64,000 bases of DNA from Candidatus Poribacteria bacterium (lineage in GTDB: Bacteria > Poribacteria > WGA-4E > WGA-3G), in assembly GCA_965205025.1 (NCBI GenBank), contig CBDBFU010000009.1, forward strand, positions 128,001 through 192,000. The letters are read 5' to 3'. Each line of letters starts with the position of its first letter. The first letter of the stretch is position 1. A program made the translations under genes and the position numbers. Positions 1-11,190 of the stretch are shown here, piece after piece. The notes under the pieces were generated by a model that was not told the origin of the DNA, did no database searches, and saw only the letters and a program-made list of their open reading frames with translations.

Positions 1-513
1 TGCATATTTACCTTCACGATCTACTAATTGTGCAGCACCACCAGCACTTCGTACTAACTGCCCCCCTTTACCAGGTTGCATCTCAATATTATGTATAGAC
101 GACCCTAATGGTATCTGCTCAAGAGGTAATGCATTTCCCACACTAATTTCAGCATCTTCACCTGATGTCACAGTGTCTCCAACTTGTAGACCGACGGGTG
201 CAATAATATATCGCTTTTCACCATCAGCATAGTGAAGTAAAGCGATATGTGCTGAACGATTGGGATCATATTCGATTGCTGCGACTTTTCCTGGAATACC
301 AAATTTGTCACGTTTGAAATCGATCACACGATACCGGCGTTTATGTCCACCACCCCGTCTACGAACAGTTATACGTCCATTGCTGTTCCGTCCAGCATTT
401 TTCTTTGAACCCTTAACAAGAGATTTCTCAGGTTTTTGTCGTGTAATCTCTTCAAAGGTGTATCCCGTCATGAACCGACGACTCGGTGTGACAGGTGAAT
501 ATGTTTTAGCCAC
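1..513 (-). CDS. rplB: 50S ribosomal protein L2, N-terminal part (runs off window edge)
   Basis: GTG at 513; reverse strand reads [16 protein letters not shown]...[28 protein letters not shown]...[24 protein letters not shown]; follows rplW. Confidence 0.96.
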   Translation of the reverse strand, partial: MAKTYSPVTPSRRFMTGYTFEEITRQKPEKSLVKGSKKNAGRNSNGRITVRRRGGGHKRRYRVIDFKRDKFGIPGKVAAIEYDPNRSAHIALLHYADGEKRYIIAPVGLQVGDTVTSGEDAEISVGNALPLEQIPLGSSIHNIEMQPGKGGQLVRSAGGAAQLVDREGKYA

Positions 514-593
514 TCTCAATTCCTCTCATTTATACAATCTTCATGCATCCCAATTATTCACTGGAACGATCATGAATCTACACTGGCATAAGA

Positions 594-893
594 TTAAATA
601 CTTTCAAAAACTGGAATGCGAGTTCCTTCTTTCACGGTAATAACAGCTTTTTTCCAATGTGGACGTCGTCCACGTTGATAACGATTCATTCTGCCTTTAA
701 CTTTACCCATAACCTGCATGGTGCGGACGTGGATAATACTCCCCTGAATTTCAAATAATTCCTCAGCAGCACGACGAATATCAGTTTTTGTTGCATCTCT
801 GCTCACAACAAAGGAATACTTATTATCCTCACGAAGCATTGTGCTCTTTTCTGTAATATGAGGTCTTAAAATAACCTGATATTTATCTTTCAT
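594..893 (-). CDS. rplW: 50S ribosomal protein L23
   Basis: ILRPHITEKS...KYSFVV...ATKTDIRRA...WKKAVITV; S10 operon order. Confidence 0.96.
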   Translation of the reverse strand: MKDKYQVILRPHITEKSTMLREDNKYSFVVSRDATKTDIRRAAEELFEIQGSIIHVRTMQVMGKVKGRMNRYQRGRRPHWKKAVITVKEGTRIPVFESI

Positions 894-1533
894 TCTCTTC
901 CCCTTCAGGATCCATAAATTTTCCTTGCAGTTTTTCTGCGGCATTTTCAGTAATCACAAGGTTGTCATGCCACAACACCTCATATATATTCAGCATATCC
1001 CATGTACAACAGTTTACCTTCGGTATATTACGCAGCGAAAGATGTATATTTGGACTATGTTCGTCAAGAACAAACAAAACCTTTCCCTCAAGAGTTAATG
1101 AATTTAGGATTGAAATAATATCTTTGGTTCGGGGACGTTCAAGATTAAAATCTTCAATTAGAATACATTGTTCGTTCTGAAATTTAGCTGATATTGCTGA
1201 TTTTAGACCGAGTAATCGTATTTGTTTAGGGGTATTCTGTCGATAACTGCGTGGTTTTGGTCCGAAAGCAACACCACCGTGTACTCGGATTGGGGATCCT
1301 GCATCTCCTACACGTGCTCTACCTGTTCCTTTCTGTCGATATAATTTCCTACCACTCCCCCTAACTTCACTGCGTTTTTTCGTCGAAGCTGTACCTCGTC
1401 TTTGATTTGCGAGATATGCCACTACACATTGATGTACAACAGCATTATTGACTTCGGCATTTGTGAACGAGTCAGCAAGATTTTTTTCGTGGAGGACTTC
1501 CCCTGATCGATTGTGTACGTTTAATGTTGCCAT
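883..1533 (-). CDS. rplD: 50S ribosomal protein L4
   Basis: RRGTASTKKRSEVRGSGRKLYRQKGTGRAR...GGVAFGPKPR. Confidence 0.97.
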   Translation of the reverse strand: MATLNVHNRSGEVLHEKNLADSFTNAEVNNAVVHQCVVAYLANQRRGTASTKKRSEVRGSGRKLYRQKGTGRARVGDAGSPIRVHGGVAFGPKPRSYRQNTPKQIRLLGLKSAISAKFQNEQCILIEDFNLERPRTKDIISILNSLTLEGKVLFVLDEHSPNIHLSLRNIPKVNCCTWDMLNIYEVLWHDNLVITENAAEKLQGKFMDPEGEENER

Positions 1534-1626
1534 AACTCTTTTATAATTCTCCGATATGCTGAAACTTGTCATAAATACCCCGCTATCTATAGAGTCATCG
1601 AGGTATAAAACAATGGTTTTTTAATG

Positions 1627-2283
1627 TTAGTCTTCAGTTCTGTTCTCAACAGAACGTTTAACTGCCTTCCTTATAAGGATGAATCCATTTGTTGGTCCTG
1701 GTATTCCACCCTTAACAACCAACAAGTTTCGTTCCGCATCTGCTTGAATAACTTGTAGATTTTGTACAGTATGTCTTTTTGCCCCATACCGCCCCGGCAT
1801 TCTTTTACCTTTAAAAACTCGTGAAGGTGTGGCACTTGCACCGATAGAGCCACTTCTCCGGAGATCTTGTTCCCCGCCGTGACTCTTTCTACCACCGGCA
1901 AATCCGTACCGTTTAACGACCCCCGTGAACCCGTGCCCTTTTGATGTTCCCGTCACATCTACCAATTCGCCTTCAGAAAATAAACTTGCATCGACAGTAT
2001 CGCCGACAGAAACATCTTCAAGCGTATCAACTGTAAATTCTCTGAGTATTTGTACTGGCTCAATTCCTGCTTTTGCAAACTGTCCACGTCTTGGACTGTT
2101 ACATTTGTTTTCTTTTCGTTTGCCGAATCCTAACTGCACTGCTTGGTAACCATCACGTTCCTGTGTTTTCACTTGAACTATGGGGCATGGACCAGCTTCA
2201 ATAACAGTGGCTGGAATGGCTTTTCCTGTGTCCTCAAAGACTTGGGTCATCCCAACTTTTCTACCAATAATTCCGTTTATCAT
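1627..2283 (-). CDS. rplC: 50S ribosomal protein L3
   Basis: GIIGRKVGMTQVF...VDVTGTSKGHGFTGVVKR...RVFKGKRMPG. Confidence 0.97.
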   Translation of the reverse strand: MINGIIGRKVGMTQVFEDTGKAIPATVIEAGPCPIVQVKTQERDGYQAVQLGFGKRKENKCNSPRRGQFAKAGIEPVQILREFTVDTLEDVSVGDTVDASLFSEGELVDVTGTSKGHGFTGVVKRYGFAGGRKSHGGEQDLRRSGSIGASATPSRVFKGKRMPGRYGAKRHTVQNLQVIQADAERNLLVVKGGIPGPTNGFILIRKAVKRSVENRTED

Positions 2284-2296
2284 AATCCAAGTTCCC

Positions 2297-2608
2297 TTAG
2301 AGTAATGTGATTTTGACATCCACCCCAGCAGGTAGGTCAAGGCGCATCAGCGCATCAACAGTCTTTGGGGCAGTCTCAAGAATGTCCAGTAACCGTTTAT
2401 GAATTCGCATTTCGAACTGTTCTCGAGACTTTTTGTCTTTGAATGTCGATCTTTGAACAGTATAGATATGCTTTTTCGTTGGCAATGGAATAGGACCGGA
2501 GACTCTCGCCTGGGTTTGTTTAGCAGTTATTGCGATTTGTTTCGCAGACTGATCAAGCAAACGGTAGTCAAAAGCTTTGAGTCTTATGCGAATTTTCTGA
2601 TTGTCCAT
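2297..2608 (-). CDS. rpsJ: 30S ribosomal protein S10
   Basis: [18 protein letters not shown]...GPIPLPT...[13 protein letters not shown]. Confidence 0.98.
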   Translation of the reverse strand: MDNQKIRIRLKAFDYRLLDQSAKQIAITAKQTQARVSGPIPLPTKKHIYTVQRSTFKDKKSREQFEMRIHKRLLDILETAPKTVDALMRLDLPAGVDVKITLL

Positions 2609-2796
2609 TTCCTGTCTCCTCTTCAAATAGTAACAATGCGTTCCTTTGTAGGCGTTTTTACAATATTAGCATGTATCTTGTCGAAGTAATCTCGACCAAT
2701 TATTAGTCAGTTCCTATTGGTTTTGAACCTTCGACCAGATACATAGATACTTGTATACCCAACGGACAAAGGCACGGATGTTACATGACATCCTTG

Positions 2797-3996
2797 TTAC
2801 TCAATGATTTGAGAGACAACACCTGCTCCGATTGTATGTCCACCTTCACGTATAGCGAATCGAAGTTGTTCTTCCATAGCAATCGGTTTTGATAGTTCAA
2901 CAGTAATCTTTGCGTTATCACCTGGCATAATCATTTCAATACCTTCTTCAAGGTTCATTTCGCCAGTAACGTCCGTTGTACGGAAGTAGAACTGGGGACG
3001 GTACCCACTAAAGAATGGATTCCAACGTCCACCTTCCTCTTTAGTGAGGATATAGGCTTCTGCTTCAAACTTTGTGTGAGGGGTAACGGAACCAGGTACT
3101 GCAAGTACTTGTCCACGTTCAACATCTTCTCTGTCAATACCGCGCAGGAGTGCGCCGATGTTGTCGCCTGCTCTTCCTTCATCAAGGAACTTGTTGAACA
3201 TTTCTACACCGGTAACAACAGTTTCATGTGTATCACGGAGTCCCACGATTTCAATTGTTTCTCCGACTTCAACAATTCCTCTTTCAACACGACCCGTGAC
3301 AACGGTACCCCGTCCACTGATCGTGAAAATGTCTTCAATTGGCATCAAGAACGGTCTTTCTGTATCACGAACCGGCTCAGGAATAAAGTCATCAACAGAA
3401 GACATCAGGTCGAGTATAGGTTTGCATTGATCGCTGGTTGGATCACCTGCAGATTCCATTGCCTCAAGGGCGGAACCGGCAATAATTGGTGTGTCGTCCC
3501 CAGGAAATTCATACTCGTTTAACAATTCTCGTACTTCAAGTTCGACCAATTCTAACAGTTCTTCATCATCCACCATGTCAGCCTTATTAAGGAAGACAAC
3601 CAAAGAAGGAACGTTAACCTGTCTTGCTAAGAGTACGTGCTCCCGTGTCTGTGGCATTGGCCCATCCGCTGCAGAAACAACAAGAATAGCCCCATCCATC
3701 TGGGCGGCACCGGTAATCATATTCTTGATGTAATCGGCGTGTCCCGGACAGTCGACGTGAGCGTAGTGTCGGTTTTCTGTCTCGTATTCAACGTGTGCTG
3801 TGTTAATCGTAATACCACGTTCTTTTTCTTCGGGTGCTTTATCAATGTCCTCATAGGTCATGACATAGTCTTTATCAGCGAGTTTTGATAAAACCATAGT
3901 AATTGCTGCAGTAAGAGTAGTCTTACCATGGTCAACGTGGCCGATTGTACCAATATTAACGTGTGGTTTTGTCCTTTCAAATGCTTGTTTTGCCAT
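2797..3996 (-). CDS. tuf: elongation factor Tu
   Basis: [22 protein letters not shown] motifs; 399 aa. Confidence 0.99.
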   Translation of the reverse strand: MAKQAFERTKPHVNIGTIGHVDHGKTTLTAAITMVLSKLADKDYVMTYEDIDKAPEEKERGITINTAHVEYETENRHYAHVDCPGHADYIKNMITGAAQMDGAILVVSAADGPMPQTREHVLLARQVNVPSLVVFLNKADMVDDEELLELVELEVRELLNEYEFPGDDTPIIAGSALEAMESAGDPTSDQCKPILDLMSSVDDFIPEPVRDTERPFLMPIEDIFTISGRGTVVTGRVERGIVEVGETIEIVGLRDTHETVVTGVEMFNKFLDEGRAGDNIGALLRGIDREDVERGQVLAVPGSVTPHTKFEAEAYILTKEEGGRWNPFFSGYRPQFYFRTTDVTGEMNLEEGIEMIMPGDNAKITVELSKPIAMEEQLRFAIREGGHTIGAGVVSQIIE

Positions 3997-4248
3997 TTTT
4001 TTGTCCGAACTCCAATATATAGGTTTAGGTATAAAAGTTGCTAAAATCGCTTAACCTGAGTTGAATTTATGTTAATAGGTGTCCAAAATAGACTTACTAA
4101 GTGCATCAATCGTGCCCGAATGTATTCGGACATTCACAATATATAGTCGAATGAGTTTAAATCCCTCGACTTTGCCGTTACATCTACTCTGACCGATTTA
4201 TCGGTCTCTTGCCATCATAAGCGGACAGCATCTAACACCAATTCTTAA

Positions 4249-6360
4249 CTACGATGCTGTTTCTGTGTTTGAGATTAATGTCTCCGCAACACTCGTAGGA
4301 ACTTCTCTATAATGGGCAAATTCCATAGTATAGTTTGCCCGTCCCTGAGTTAGTGAACGAAGTGATTTAACATAACCGAACATTTCAGATAGCGGCACTT
4401 CTACTTGAATTACTTGAATCCGAGATTTAATGTGTGCCACTGTGTCTTTAATATGAGCACGTCGAGAATTAAGATCCCCGATCACCTTCCCAAGATACTC
4501 ATCCGGGACTATAACTTCAACTGCCATCACCGGTTCAAGTAATGCTGATCCTGCTTTCTGGGCAGCCTCCTTAAACGCCATTGATCCAGCAATTGAAAAT
4601 GCCATTTCTGAAGAATCTACTTGATGGTATGAACCATCCAATAGACGTATCCCTACATCTACAACAGGATAACCTGCTAATGTACCATTATTCATTGAAT
4701 TTTGAATGCCTTTTTCAACTGCAGGAATATATTCTTGTGGGATAACTCCACCCTTTGTCTCGTCAATGAATTCAAAACCAGCACCTTTTTCAAGAGGGGT
4801 GACCTCAATAACAACATGTCCGAATAGACCTTTACCACCTGATTGACGGACAAATCTACCTTCTGCCTTAACTGTTTTTAGCAATGTTTCTCGATATGCG
4901 ACTTCAGGTGAGCCAACATTAGCAGACACGTTAAACTCTCTAACAAGTCTATCTACAATGATTTCCAGGTGAAGTTCACCCATACCAGATAAGAGTGTCT
5001 GTCCGGTATCCGGATCTTGATGGATTTTAAATGTTGGATCTTCTTCAGCTAATTTTGAAAGAGCGAGATTTAATTTATCAATATCTGATTGTGAACGGGG
5101 TTCCACTGATACAGACATCACAGGAAGCGGGAATTCCATAGTTTCTAATGCGATGTGAGCTGTAGGATCACATATCGTATCACCTGTACTTAGATCTTTT
5201 AGACCAATGGCAGCCACAATATCACCAGCAGCTACGGATTGATGTTCTTCCCGTTTGTTAGCATGCATCTGCATTAACCTGCCGATCCGTTCAAATTTTT
5301 CAGTTTTACTGTTATAAACAGTATCGCCTTTATTTAGCACACCGGAGTAAACTCTCAAATATGTAAGTTTTCCAACATGTGGATCAGTAGTAATTTTAAA
5401 TGCTAAGGCACAGAACGGTGCATCTTTATCAGCGGGTCTGTCTTCTTCTTCCTCTGATTTTGGATTTATACCTACAACAGGTTTTACATCTGTGGGTGCA
5501 GGTAGATATGAAATAATAGCATCCAGTAATGGCTGAACCCCTTTGTTTTTTAATGCAGTACCACAAAGGACAGGAACAACATTCTCCTTTATAACTGCTT
5601 GGCGTAATCCATTCTTAATTTCTTCAGGGGTAAACTCAGCACCCGTAAGATATTTGTCAGCCAGTTCATCATCACATTCTCCAATGACAGAAATTAGGTG
5701 TTCTCGGTATTCTTGTGCCATTTCTTCCATCTCAGGTGGAATATCGGTTTCATGAATCACAGCTCCAAGACTTCCTTCATCCCACAGTTGACCTTTCATT
5801 GAAATAAGGTCAACAATACCTTTAAATTGTTCAGCGGATCCAATTGGTATTTGAAGTGGTACAACAGTTGCCCCTAACCGTTCACCCATCATTTCAACAG
5901 TACGAAAATAATCTGCACCCGTTCTATCCATCTTATTGATGAAAGCAATCCTTGGTATTTCGTATTTATCTGCTTGCCGCCAGACAGTCTCGGATTGTGG
6001 TTCCACACCTCCAACCGCACAGAATACAGCGACAGCTCCATCCAGAACTCTAAGCGACCTTTCTACTTCGACGGTAAAATCAATATGTCCGGGTGTATCT
6101 ATAATATTAATTTGATGGTCTTTCCAACGACATGTTGTTGATGCAGCGGTAATAGTAATTCCGCGTTCCTGTTCTTGTACCATCCAATCCATTGTGGTCG
6201 TGCCATCATCAACCTCACCGATACGATATACCCTTCCCGTATAATATAAGATACGTTCGGTTACAGTAGTTTTACCGGCATCAATATGAGCCATGATACC
6301 GATATTCCGAGTATTAGATAGGGTTGTTCGGTTTGTTGTCTTTTGATTCTTGTCCGACAC
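4249..6360 (-). CDS. fusA: elongation factor G
   Basis: [29 protein letters not shown]; 703 aa. Confidence 0.99.
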   Translation of the reverse strand: MSDKNQKTTNRTTLSNTRNIGIMAHIDAGKTTVTERILYYTGRVYRIGEVDDGTTTMDWMVQEQERGITITAASTTCRWKDHQINIIDTPGHIDFTVEVERSLRVLDGAVAVFCAVGGVEPQSETVWRQADKYEIPRIAFINKMDRTGADYFRTVEMMGERLGATVVPLQIPIGSAEQFKGIVDLISMKGQLWDEGSLGAVIHETDIPPEMEEMAQEYREHLISVIGECDDELADKYLTGAEFTPEEIKNGLRQAVIKENVVPVLCGTALKNKGVQPLLDAIISYLPAPTDVKPVVGINPKSEEEEDRPADKDAPFCALAFKITTDPHVGKLTYLRVYSGVLNKGDTVYNSKTEKFERIGRLMQMHANKREEHQSVAAGDIVAAIGLKDLSTGDTICDPTAHIALETMEFPLPVMSVSVEPRSQSDIDKLNLALSKLAEEDPTFKIHQDPDTGQTLLSGMGELHLEIIVDRLVREFNVSANVGSPEVAYRETLLKTVKAEGRFVRQSGGKGLFGHVVIEVTPLEKGAGFEFIDETKGGVIPQEYIPAVEKGIQNSMNNGTLAGYPVVDVGIRLLDGSYHQVDSSEMAFSIAGSMAFKEAAQKAGSALLEPVMAVEVIVPDEYLGKVIGDLNSRRAHIKDTVAHIKSRIQVIQVEVPLSEMFGYVKSLRSLTQGRANYTMEFAHYREVPTSVAETLISNTETAS

Positions 6361-6433
6361 AGTTCTAAACTCCTTATTTCGTCGGTTAATTATGACACCG
6401 TTTCACAATTTCCGTTGTCTATTTATGATGACC

Positions 6434-6904
6434 TTACCATCTATAATGAGCAAATGCTCTATTAGCTTCTGCCATTCGGTGTTGTTCTTGTTTTCTTCGA
6501 ATTGCAGCACCTTCGTTCTGAGATGCTTCCATTAATTCAGCTGCCAATCGGGCTGCCATTCCTTTTTCACCGCGATCTCTTGCAGATTGAATAATCCAGT
6601 TAACTGCCAATGTAGTACGTCGTTCTGCTTTTACATCCACAGGGACTTGATATGTTTGACTTCCGACGCGCCTTGGACGTATTTCTAACACAGGCTTAAC
6701 ATTATTGATAGCCTGACGAAATACCTCAAACCCTTCTTCATTTGTGCGTTCTGAAATAATATCAAAACTGGAATAAACAATCCGTTGTGCTGTGCCCTTC
6801 TTACCATCCCACATCAGATGATTAATAAACTTTGATACTAATTTACTGTTGTGAACAGCATCAGCACTGACTTCCCTTTTTGCGACGTTACCGCGTCTTG
6901 GCAT
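6434..6904 (-). CDS. rpsG: 30S ribosomal protein S7
   Basis: MPRRG...RRVGSQTYQVP...HRMAEANRAFAHYRW. Confidence 0.98.
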   Translation of the reverse strand: MPRRGNVAKREVSADAVHNSKLVSKFINHLMWDGKKGTAQRIVYSSFDIISERTNEEGFEVFRQAINNVKPVLEIRPRRVGSQTYQVPVDVKAERRTTLAVNWIIQSARDRGEKGMAARLAAELMEASQNEGAAIRRKQEQHRMAEANRAFAHYRW

Positions 6905-6964
6905 CTATAATTCCTCCAGAATTCACGAGCATCCATGCTCGTTCCCAGTCGATTAACATACAAA

Positions 6965-7339
6965 TTAACCGGGTTTCCGTGCGCCATATTTTGAACGTCC
7001 TTGGCGACGGTTTTCTACTCCAGCAGTATCTAATTTTCCACGAACAATGTGATATCTTACGTTTGACAAATCCTTAACCCGTCCACCACGAACCAAAACA
7101 ACTGAGTGTTCCTGTAAATTGTGATCAATCCCTGGAATATAACAAGTTGCTTCATCAGCAGAGGATGTGAACCTGACACGAGCCACCTTCCGTAGAGCGG
7201 AGTTCGGCTTGTTTGGTGTTACCGTTTTAACCTGTAAACAGATCCCTCTGCGTTGTGGACACTGTTGTAGGATTGGTGATTTTGTTTTCTTACGATATTT
7301 CTTGCGTGGCTTCTTAATTAATTGATTAATTGTCGGCAT
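6965..7339 (-). CDS. rpsL: 30S ribosomal protein S12
   Basis: MPTINQL...[11 protein letters not shown]...[19 protein letters not shown]...RSKYG. Confidence 0.98.
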   Translation of the reverse strand: MPTINQLIKKPRKKYRKKTKSPILQQCPQRRGICLQVKTVTPNKPNSALRKVARVRFTSSADEATCYIPGIDHNLQEHSVVLVRGGRVKDLSNVRYHIVRGKLDTAGVENRRQGRSKYGARKPG

Positions 7340-7619
7340 CTCCAAACCTCACTGATAACGACTCTAAGTTTGAACTTAAGGCTTCTACAAAAGAAAAAAG
7401 CCTTTACAAGGCTTTATTCAATAGAATACACTATAACGTTGCTGCGAAAACGACGTTAGACTGTTTCCAAATTGAATGCCCCCTGTTTGTTTCTATATTC
7501 GAAACCTACTATACCACTCAAAACCTTACTATTATACTCGCGATTCTACAAATTGTCAAATTATAATATGAAAATTACTGAAATTATATATATATATTTT
7601 TTATGGATTGGAGAAATAA

Positions 7620-8852
7620 TTATGATTTAAGTACTTTTCCGCGTAGTATTAAGGTTTGAACAACCAAATTCTTATCTACAATCACAACGTCAGCTTCTTT
7701 ACCTTGTGCAATTGACCCAATACGATCATCTACACCTAAATTTTGTGCGGGTGTTAACGTTGCCATTGTCAAGGATTCTTCTAATGAATATCCCCACCTC
7801 ATTACATTACGGACACCATCCATCAAGGTAATTATCGCCCCGGCAAGACGTTCCGTAGGTTCCCCTACATCCAACCACATTGCACCATCTCTTATATATT
7901 TCTGTGATTCTGAATCTTCTGATCCATTAATTCTGTATGCATCAAGTTCAGATACATAAACTGCATCTTCCTGCCATTCTTCTGTTGAAATTCCAGCATG
8001 CTCAGTACAATCTGTAATCAATCCAACATCTTTAATCCCTTTATGGTCAATAAGTTGTTTTCCCCAGAAGGAGTGTACGTGGTGTTCATCCACTATCAAT
8101 TCGGCATGTATATTCGGATGTGAAAAGACCGCTTCAAGGGCACCAAGGTCTCGGTGATGCATTCCACTCATACCGTTAAACGTATGTGTTACTCGTGTGA
8201 TCCCAGCGTCAAAAGCATTCATCGCTTGTTGATATGTAGCATTAGTGTGTCCCATGGCAATGACTATGTCATTATATGCATCTGCCTTAAATGTATTTAG
8301 GTGTTTGATAAACTGTAAATTCCTATCGTTTTCAGGTGCGACAGAAATAACTTTCAATGTACCGTCTGAAGCTGCCCACATAGAATGAAATTCTTCAAAG
8401 TTTGGTGGCGTGATATATTTCGCATTCTGTGCCCCATTTTTCTCAAGACTTCCAAATTTCCCTTCAACATACGAACCGATGATCCGCGCACCATCTTCTA
8501 CGGGTTGATCAGCAACATGGGCGATTGCTGTTAGGGATGCGTTTATCTGCTCCATACTTCCAGAGGAGATACCAACTACCAACGAGGTGACTCCATTTGC
8601 TGCATGTGCTCGTGCTATTGTTTCAATATCCTCAACTTTGCCCGTCATGCTATCAAGACCACCTCCCCCATGGATTAATCCGTCTATCAATCCTGGGATT
8701 ACGTAACATCCCGCGGCATCAATTTCCTCTTCTGATGGAGGTAGATTTTCTTTCGTAATCGTTGATATTTTTCCATCTTGAATGACGATATTCCCTTGAC
8801 CGAAATATGTAGGGGTATAGATATCACCATTGACAATCGTTAGTTTTTCCAT
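7620..8852 (-). CDS. nagA: N-acetylglucosamine-6-phosphate deacetylase (amidohydrolase family)
   Basis: PGLIDxxIHG, VAPE, GHTNA, THTFNGM, LAG, TPAQNLG, IAQGKEADVV. Confidence 0.8.
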   Translation of the reverse strand: MEKLTIVNGDIYTPTYFGQGNIVIQDGKISTITKENLPPSEEEIDAAGCYVIPGLIDGLIHGGGGLDSMTGKVEDIETIARAHAANGVTSLVVGISSGSMEQINASLTAIAHVADQPVEDGARIIGSYVEGKFGSLEKNGAQNAKYITPPNFEEFHSMWAASDGTLKVISVAPENDRNLQFIKHLNTFKADAYNDIVIAMGHTNATYQQAMNAFDAGITRVTHTFNGMSGMHHRDLGALEAVFSHPNIHAELIVDEHHVHSFWGKQLIDHKGIKDVGLITDCTEHAGISTEEWQEDAVYVSELDAYRINGSEDSESQKYIRDGAMWLDVGEPTERLAGAIITLMDGVRNVMRWGYSLEESLTMATLTPAQNLGVDDRIGSIAQGKEADVVIVDKNLVVQTLILRGKVLKS

Positions 8853-8919
8853 ACCAAAAATACCTCTGTGAAACACAGAGGTAACTAAATAAGTCCTTTC
8901 CTTCCTTATAGAATTACAA

Positions 8920-9132
8920 TAGTTTGGACAGTTTTAAGCGATACACATTTCGCCCCGCTGGGGCTTGGACCTTGGGAGGTATGACGTTTCTACACACATT
9001 TCGCCCCGCTGGGGCTACACTTTAGTCCATCCGAGTTTATTTTTCTCAGAGTCGGATTGGCGTGAGTAACGTGGTGAAAAACAGAAACACTGTGAATATA
9101 GGTGTAGCACCTCTCAGAAATTGTCCAAACTA
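8920..9132. mobile_element. MITE-like element containing two REP-like hairpins
   Basis: Terminal inverted repeats TAGTTTGGACAGTTT (8920) / AAATTGTCCAAACTA (to 9132); two internal copies of ACACATTTCGCCCCGCTGGGGCT. Confidence 0.7.
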
Positions 9133-9160
9133 TAGTATAGAATTAGTTTTTGAGATTATT

Positions 9161-9805
9161 TTAAATCTGTTCTGATACCCATAATATGCCTTGTGCGATA
9201 AATTGCAAAAATGGTTCCAACTCGAAATCCTGTTGGTGTCCCAAAGATGTATAGAATATCCTACCAGCATTATGCAAACGTGTCCAAGCCACCGGTTCGG
9301 TATTTTCATCCGTGTGTCCCATCAACAATACAGATGTATCATCACTAAGAGATGGATTTTTATATAGACTTCCATAACTTACAAATTCAGGTATATCCCT
9401 CAGAATAGGATGACTTTGTGAAATATCTTCTAAACGGACAGTGGGACCGTGCCCGTAGTGTCCTTGATAATCTCCACCTAACACAACCTTATCGAATTCC
9501 AACCAGTTCTGATATGCATGGCTTGCAGTTCTTATCCCAACTATAGGTTTTCCTTGTTCACAATAGGATTGAAAGAGATTTAGGGATTCACCTTCTGTAT
9601 TAAGACGTCTTGTATACACCAATAACACATCGGCATCATTTATTGCTTCCAAGGAGGGATCATCATCTTCAGATTGGTAGACGATTAAATTAGCTTGGAT
9701 CGGATAATTTTTCTCGATAAAGCTTTTAAATATAGTCAAAGATTCTTCTGAATCGTATTCAAATGAACCAGAAAGCATACACAAGTTTAACACAGCGTAC
9801 TCCAA
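9161..9805 (-). CDS. ThuA-like / class I glutamine amidotransferase-like protein
   Basis: GKPIVGIRTASHA, HPIL, EPVAWTR..GRIFYTSLGH. Confidence 0.8.
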   Translation of the reverse strand: MEYAVLNLCMLSGSFEYDSEESLTIFKSFIEKNYPIQANLIVYQSEDDDPSLEAINDADVLLVYTRRLNTEGESLNLFQSYCEQGKPIVGIRTASHAYQNWLEFDKVVLGGDYQGHYGHGPTVRLEDISQSHPILRDIPEFVSYGSLYKNPSLSDDTSVLLMGHTDENTEPVAWTRLHNAGRIFYTSLGHQQDFELEPFLQFIAQGILWVSEQI

Positions 9806-9819
9806 TAAATAATACTTTT

Positions 9820-10323
9820 CTATTTCTTTTCTAAAAAAAGAAAACTGTAAGCGTGTGGATTCTTTTCATCTTTTTCACAGTCAATACGTTCTATTTCATC
9901 CCAATCTTCAATATCAAATGCTGGAAAATAGACATCTCCCTCAAATATAGCATGAACCTGTGTGAGGTATAACCGACTTGCATAAGGTAGGAAGGCTTCG
10001 TATATTGGAGCCCCACCACATATCATCAATTCTAATTCTTCATTATCAGAAAGTGTTTCGACAGTCTTTAGAACATCCTCAACAGAATGAGAAATAATAC
10101 AACCTTCAGGTGCTTCATAATCCTGATTGCGTGTAAGGATGATGTTTTGTCGGTTTGCTAACGGATTCGGAAGCGTTTCAAATGTCTTACGTCCCATAAC
10201 TACAGGTTTACCAATCGTCATATCTTTGAAATGACGTAGATCAGCAGGTAATTTCCATGGGATACGTGGACCGTTGCCTATGAGTCGGTTTTTATCCATT
10301 GCTGCAATCATTGAAACCCGCAC
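9820..10323 (-). CDS. folA: dihydrofolate reductase
   Basis: IAAMDKNRLIG...IPWKLPADLRHFK...VVMGRKTFE...ICGGAPIY...GDVYFP. Confidence 0.96.
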   Translation of the reverse strand: MRVSMIAAMDKNRLIGNGPRIPWKLPADLRHFKDMTIGKPVVMGRKTFETLPNPLANRQNIILTRNQDYEAPEGCIISHSVEDVLKTVETLSDNEELELMICGGAPIYEAFLPYASRLYLTQVHAIFEGDVYFPAFDIEDWDEIERIDCEKDEKNPHAYSFLFLEKK

Positions 10324-10369
10324 TATAACAAATACTCCAATTTTTAATGAAATTTATCTCATTAAAATA

Positions 10370-11074
10370 TCACTGCTTTGAATCAATTTGATAGTGCCAT
10401 GTCCAACTAAGTTTATTGTTGCTGAAACTGTTAGCACCGCCATTATTTCCAAGTCTTTCATGTGGTTCTATTAACCCCTGAATTGGAAACCTCCGTTTCT
10501 CTGAGTAATTTTCACCAAAATCAAAAACTAATGTATCATCGATAATTTTAAAAGTAACTCTCTGGTCCGTATCAGCACCTCTATAGAACTTTTTCCGTAG
10601 ATTGGTAAAGATAAGATTCCCAACGGAAGTATTTTCAATTGTAAAATGAATCATAAGCCAGTTTCCTGTGCGAAAAATAGCATATTTCTCTTGCATCCTT
10701 AATCCTGTGGAAATATTTGCTGTTGAGAGTTGTAAACGATGAATAAGTTGCAAATCATCCACCTTAGTAAAATACAACAAAGTGGAGCCATCTAACTTGT
10801 TGACACCTCTGAATTGCATATTACTATCTAATTCAGGACTTTGGTGTGAAAGTGAAAAAGTCTGTTTCTCTATACCACTACCCCTATCGTATTCAAGGTT
10901 CAACTGATTGGGTTTAAGTTGAGCATTTACTATTTTCCACTTCTTTGGTAATGATACTTCAACCGTACATCGATCATTATTCCCAATGAACCCATCATAA
11001 TGCAGTTCTTGTTTGACGCTACAACTACTACACAGCAATATAAAACTAACTATGTGTATTATCAATACTCTCAT
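10370..11074 (-). CDS. hypothetical lipoprotein
   Basis: 234-aa ORF with hydrophobic N-terminus and lipobox-like CSSC; lies between thyA and folA. Confidence 0.55.
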   Translation of the reverse strand: MRVLIIHIVSFILLCSSCSVKQELHYDGFIGNNDRCTVEVSLPKKWKIVNAQLKPNQLNLEYDRGSGIEKQTFSLSHQSPELDSNMQFRGVNKLDGSTLLYFTKVDDLQLIHRLQLSTANISTGLRMQEKYAIFRTGNWLMIHFTIENTSVGNLIFTNLRKKFYRGADTDQRVTFKIIDDTLVFDFGENYSEKRRFPIQGLIEPHERLGNNGGANSFSNNKLSWTWHYQIDSKQ

Positions 11075-11190
11075 CAGTTGTTCTCTGGAGGTATGTAAGG
11101 AAATGATTAACGATCAATTAAAGTGGAATTGTCAAACGGACGTTTTTTCTCTGAGACCACTGTTTGATCCTCTGCCATTGGCGTTCTTCC

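Noticed and set aside
260-7566. Plus-strand ORFs over the ribosomal cluster
   Set aside because: Antisense shadows of conserved genes.
8941-9016. Two 23-bp repeats with a spacer, resembling a mini CRISPR array (also 13958-14031)
   Set aside because: Only two units each, dispersed family members elsewhere, and no cas genes; REP/MITE-like instead.
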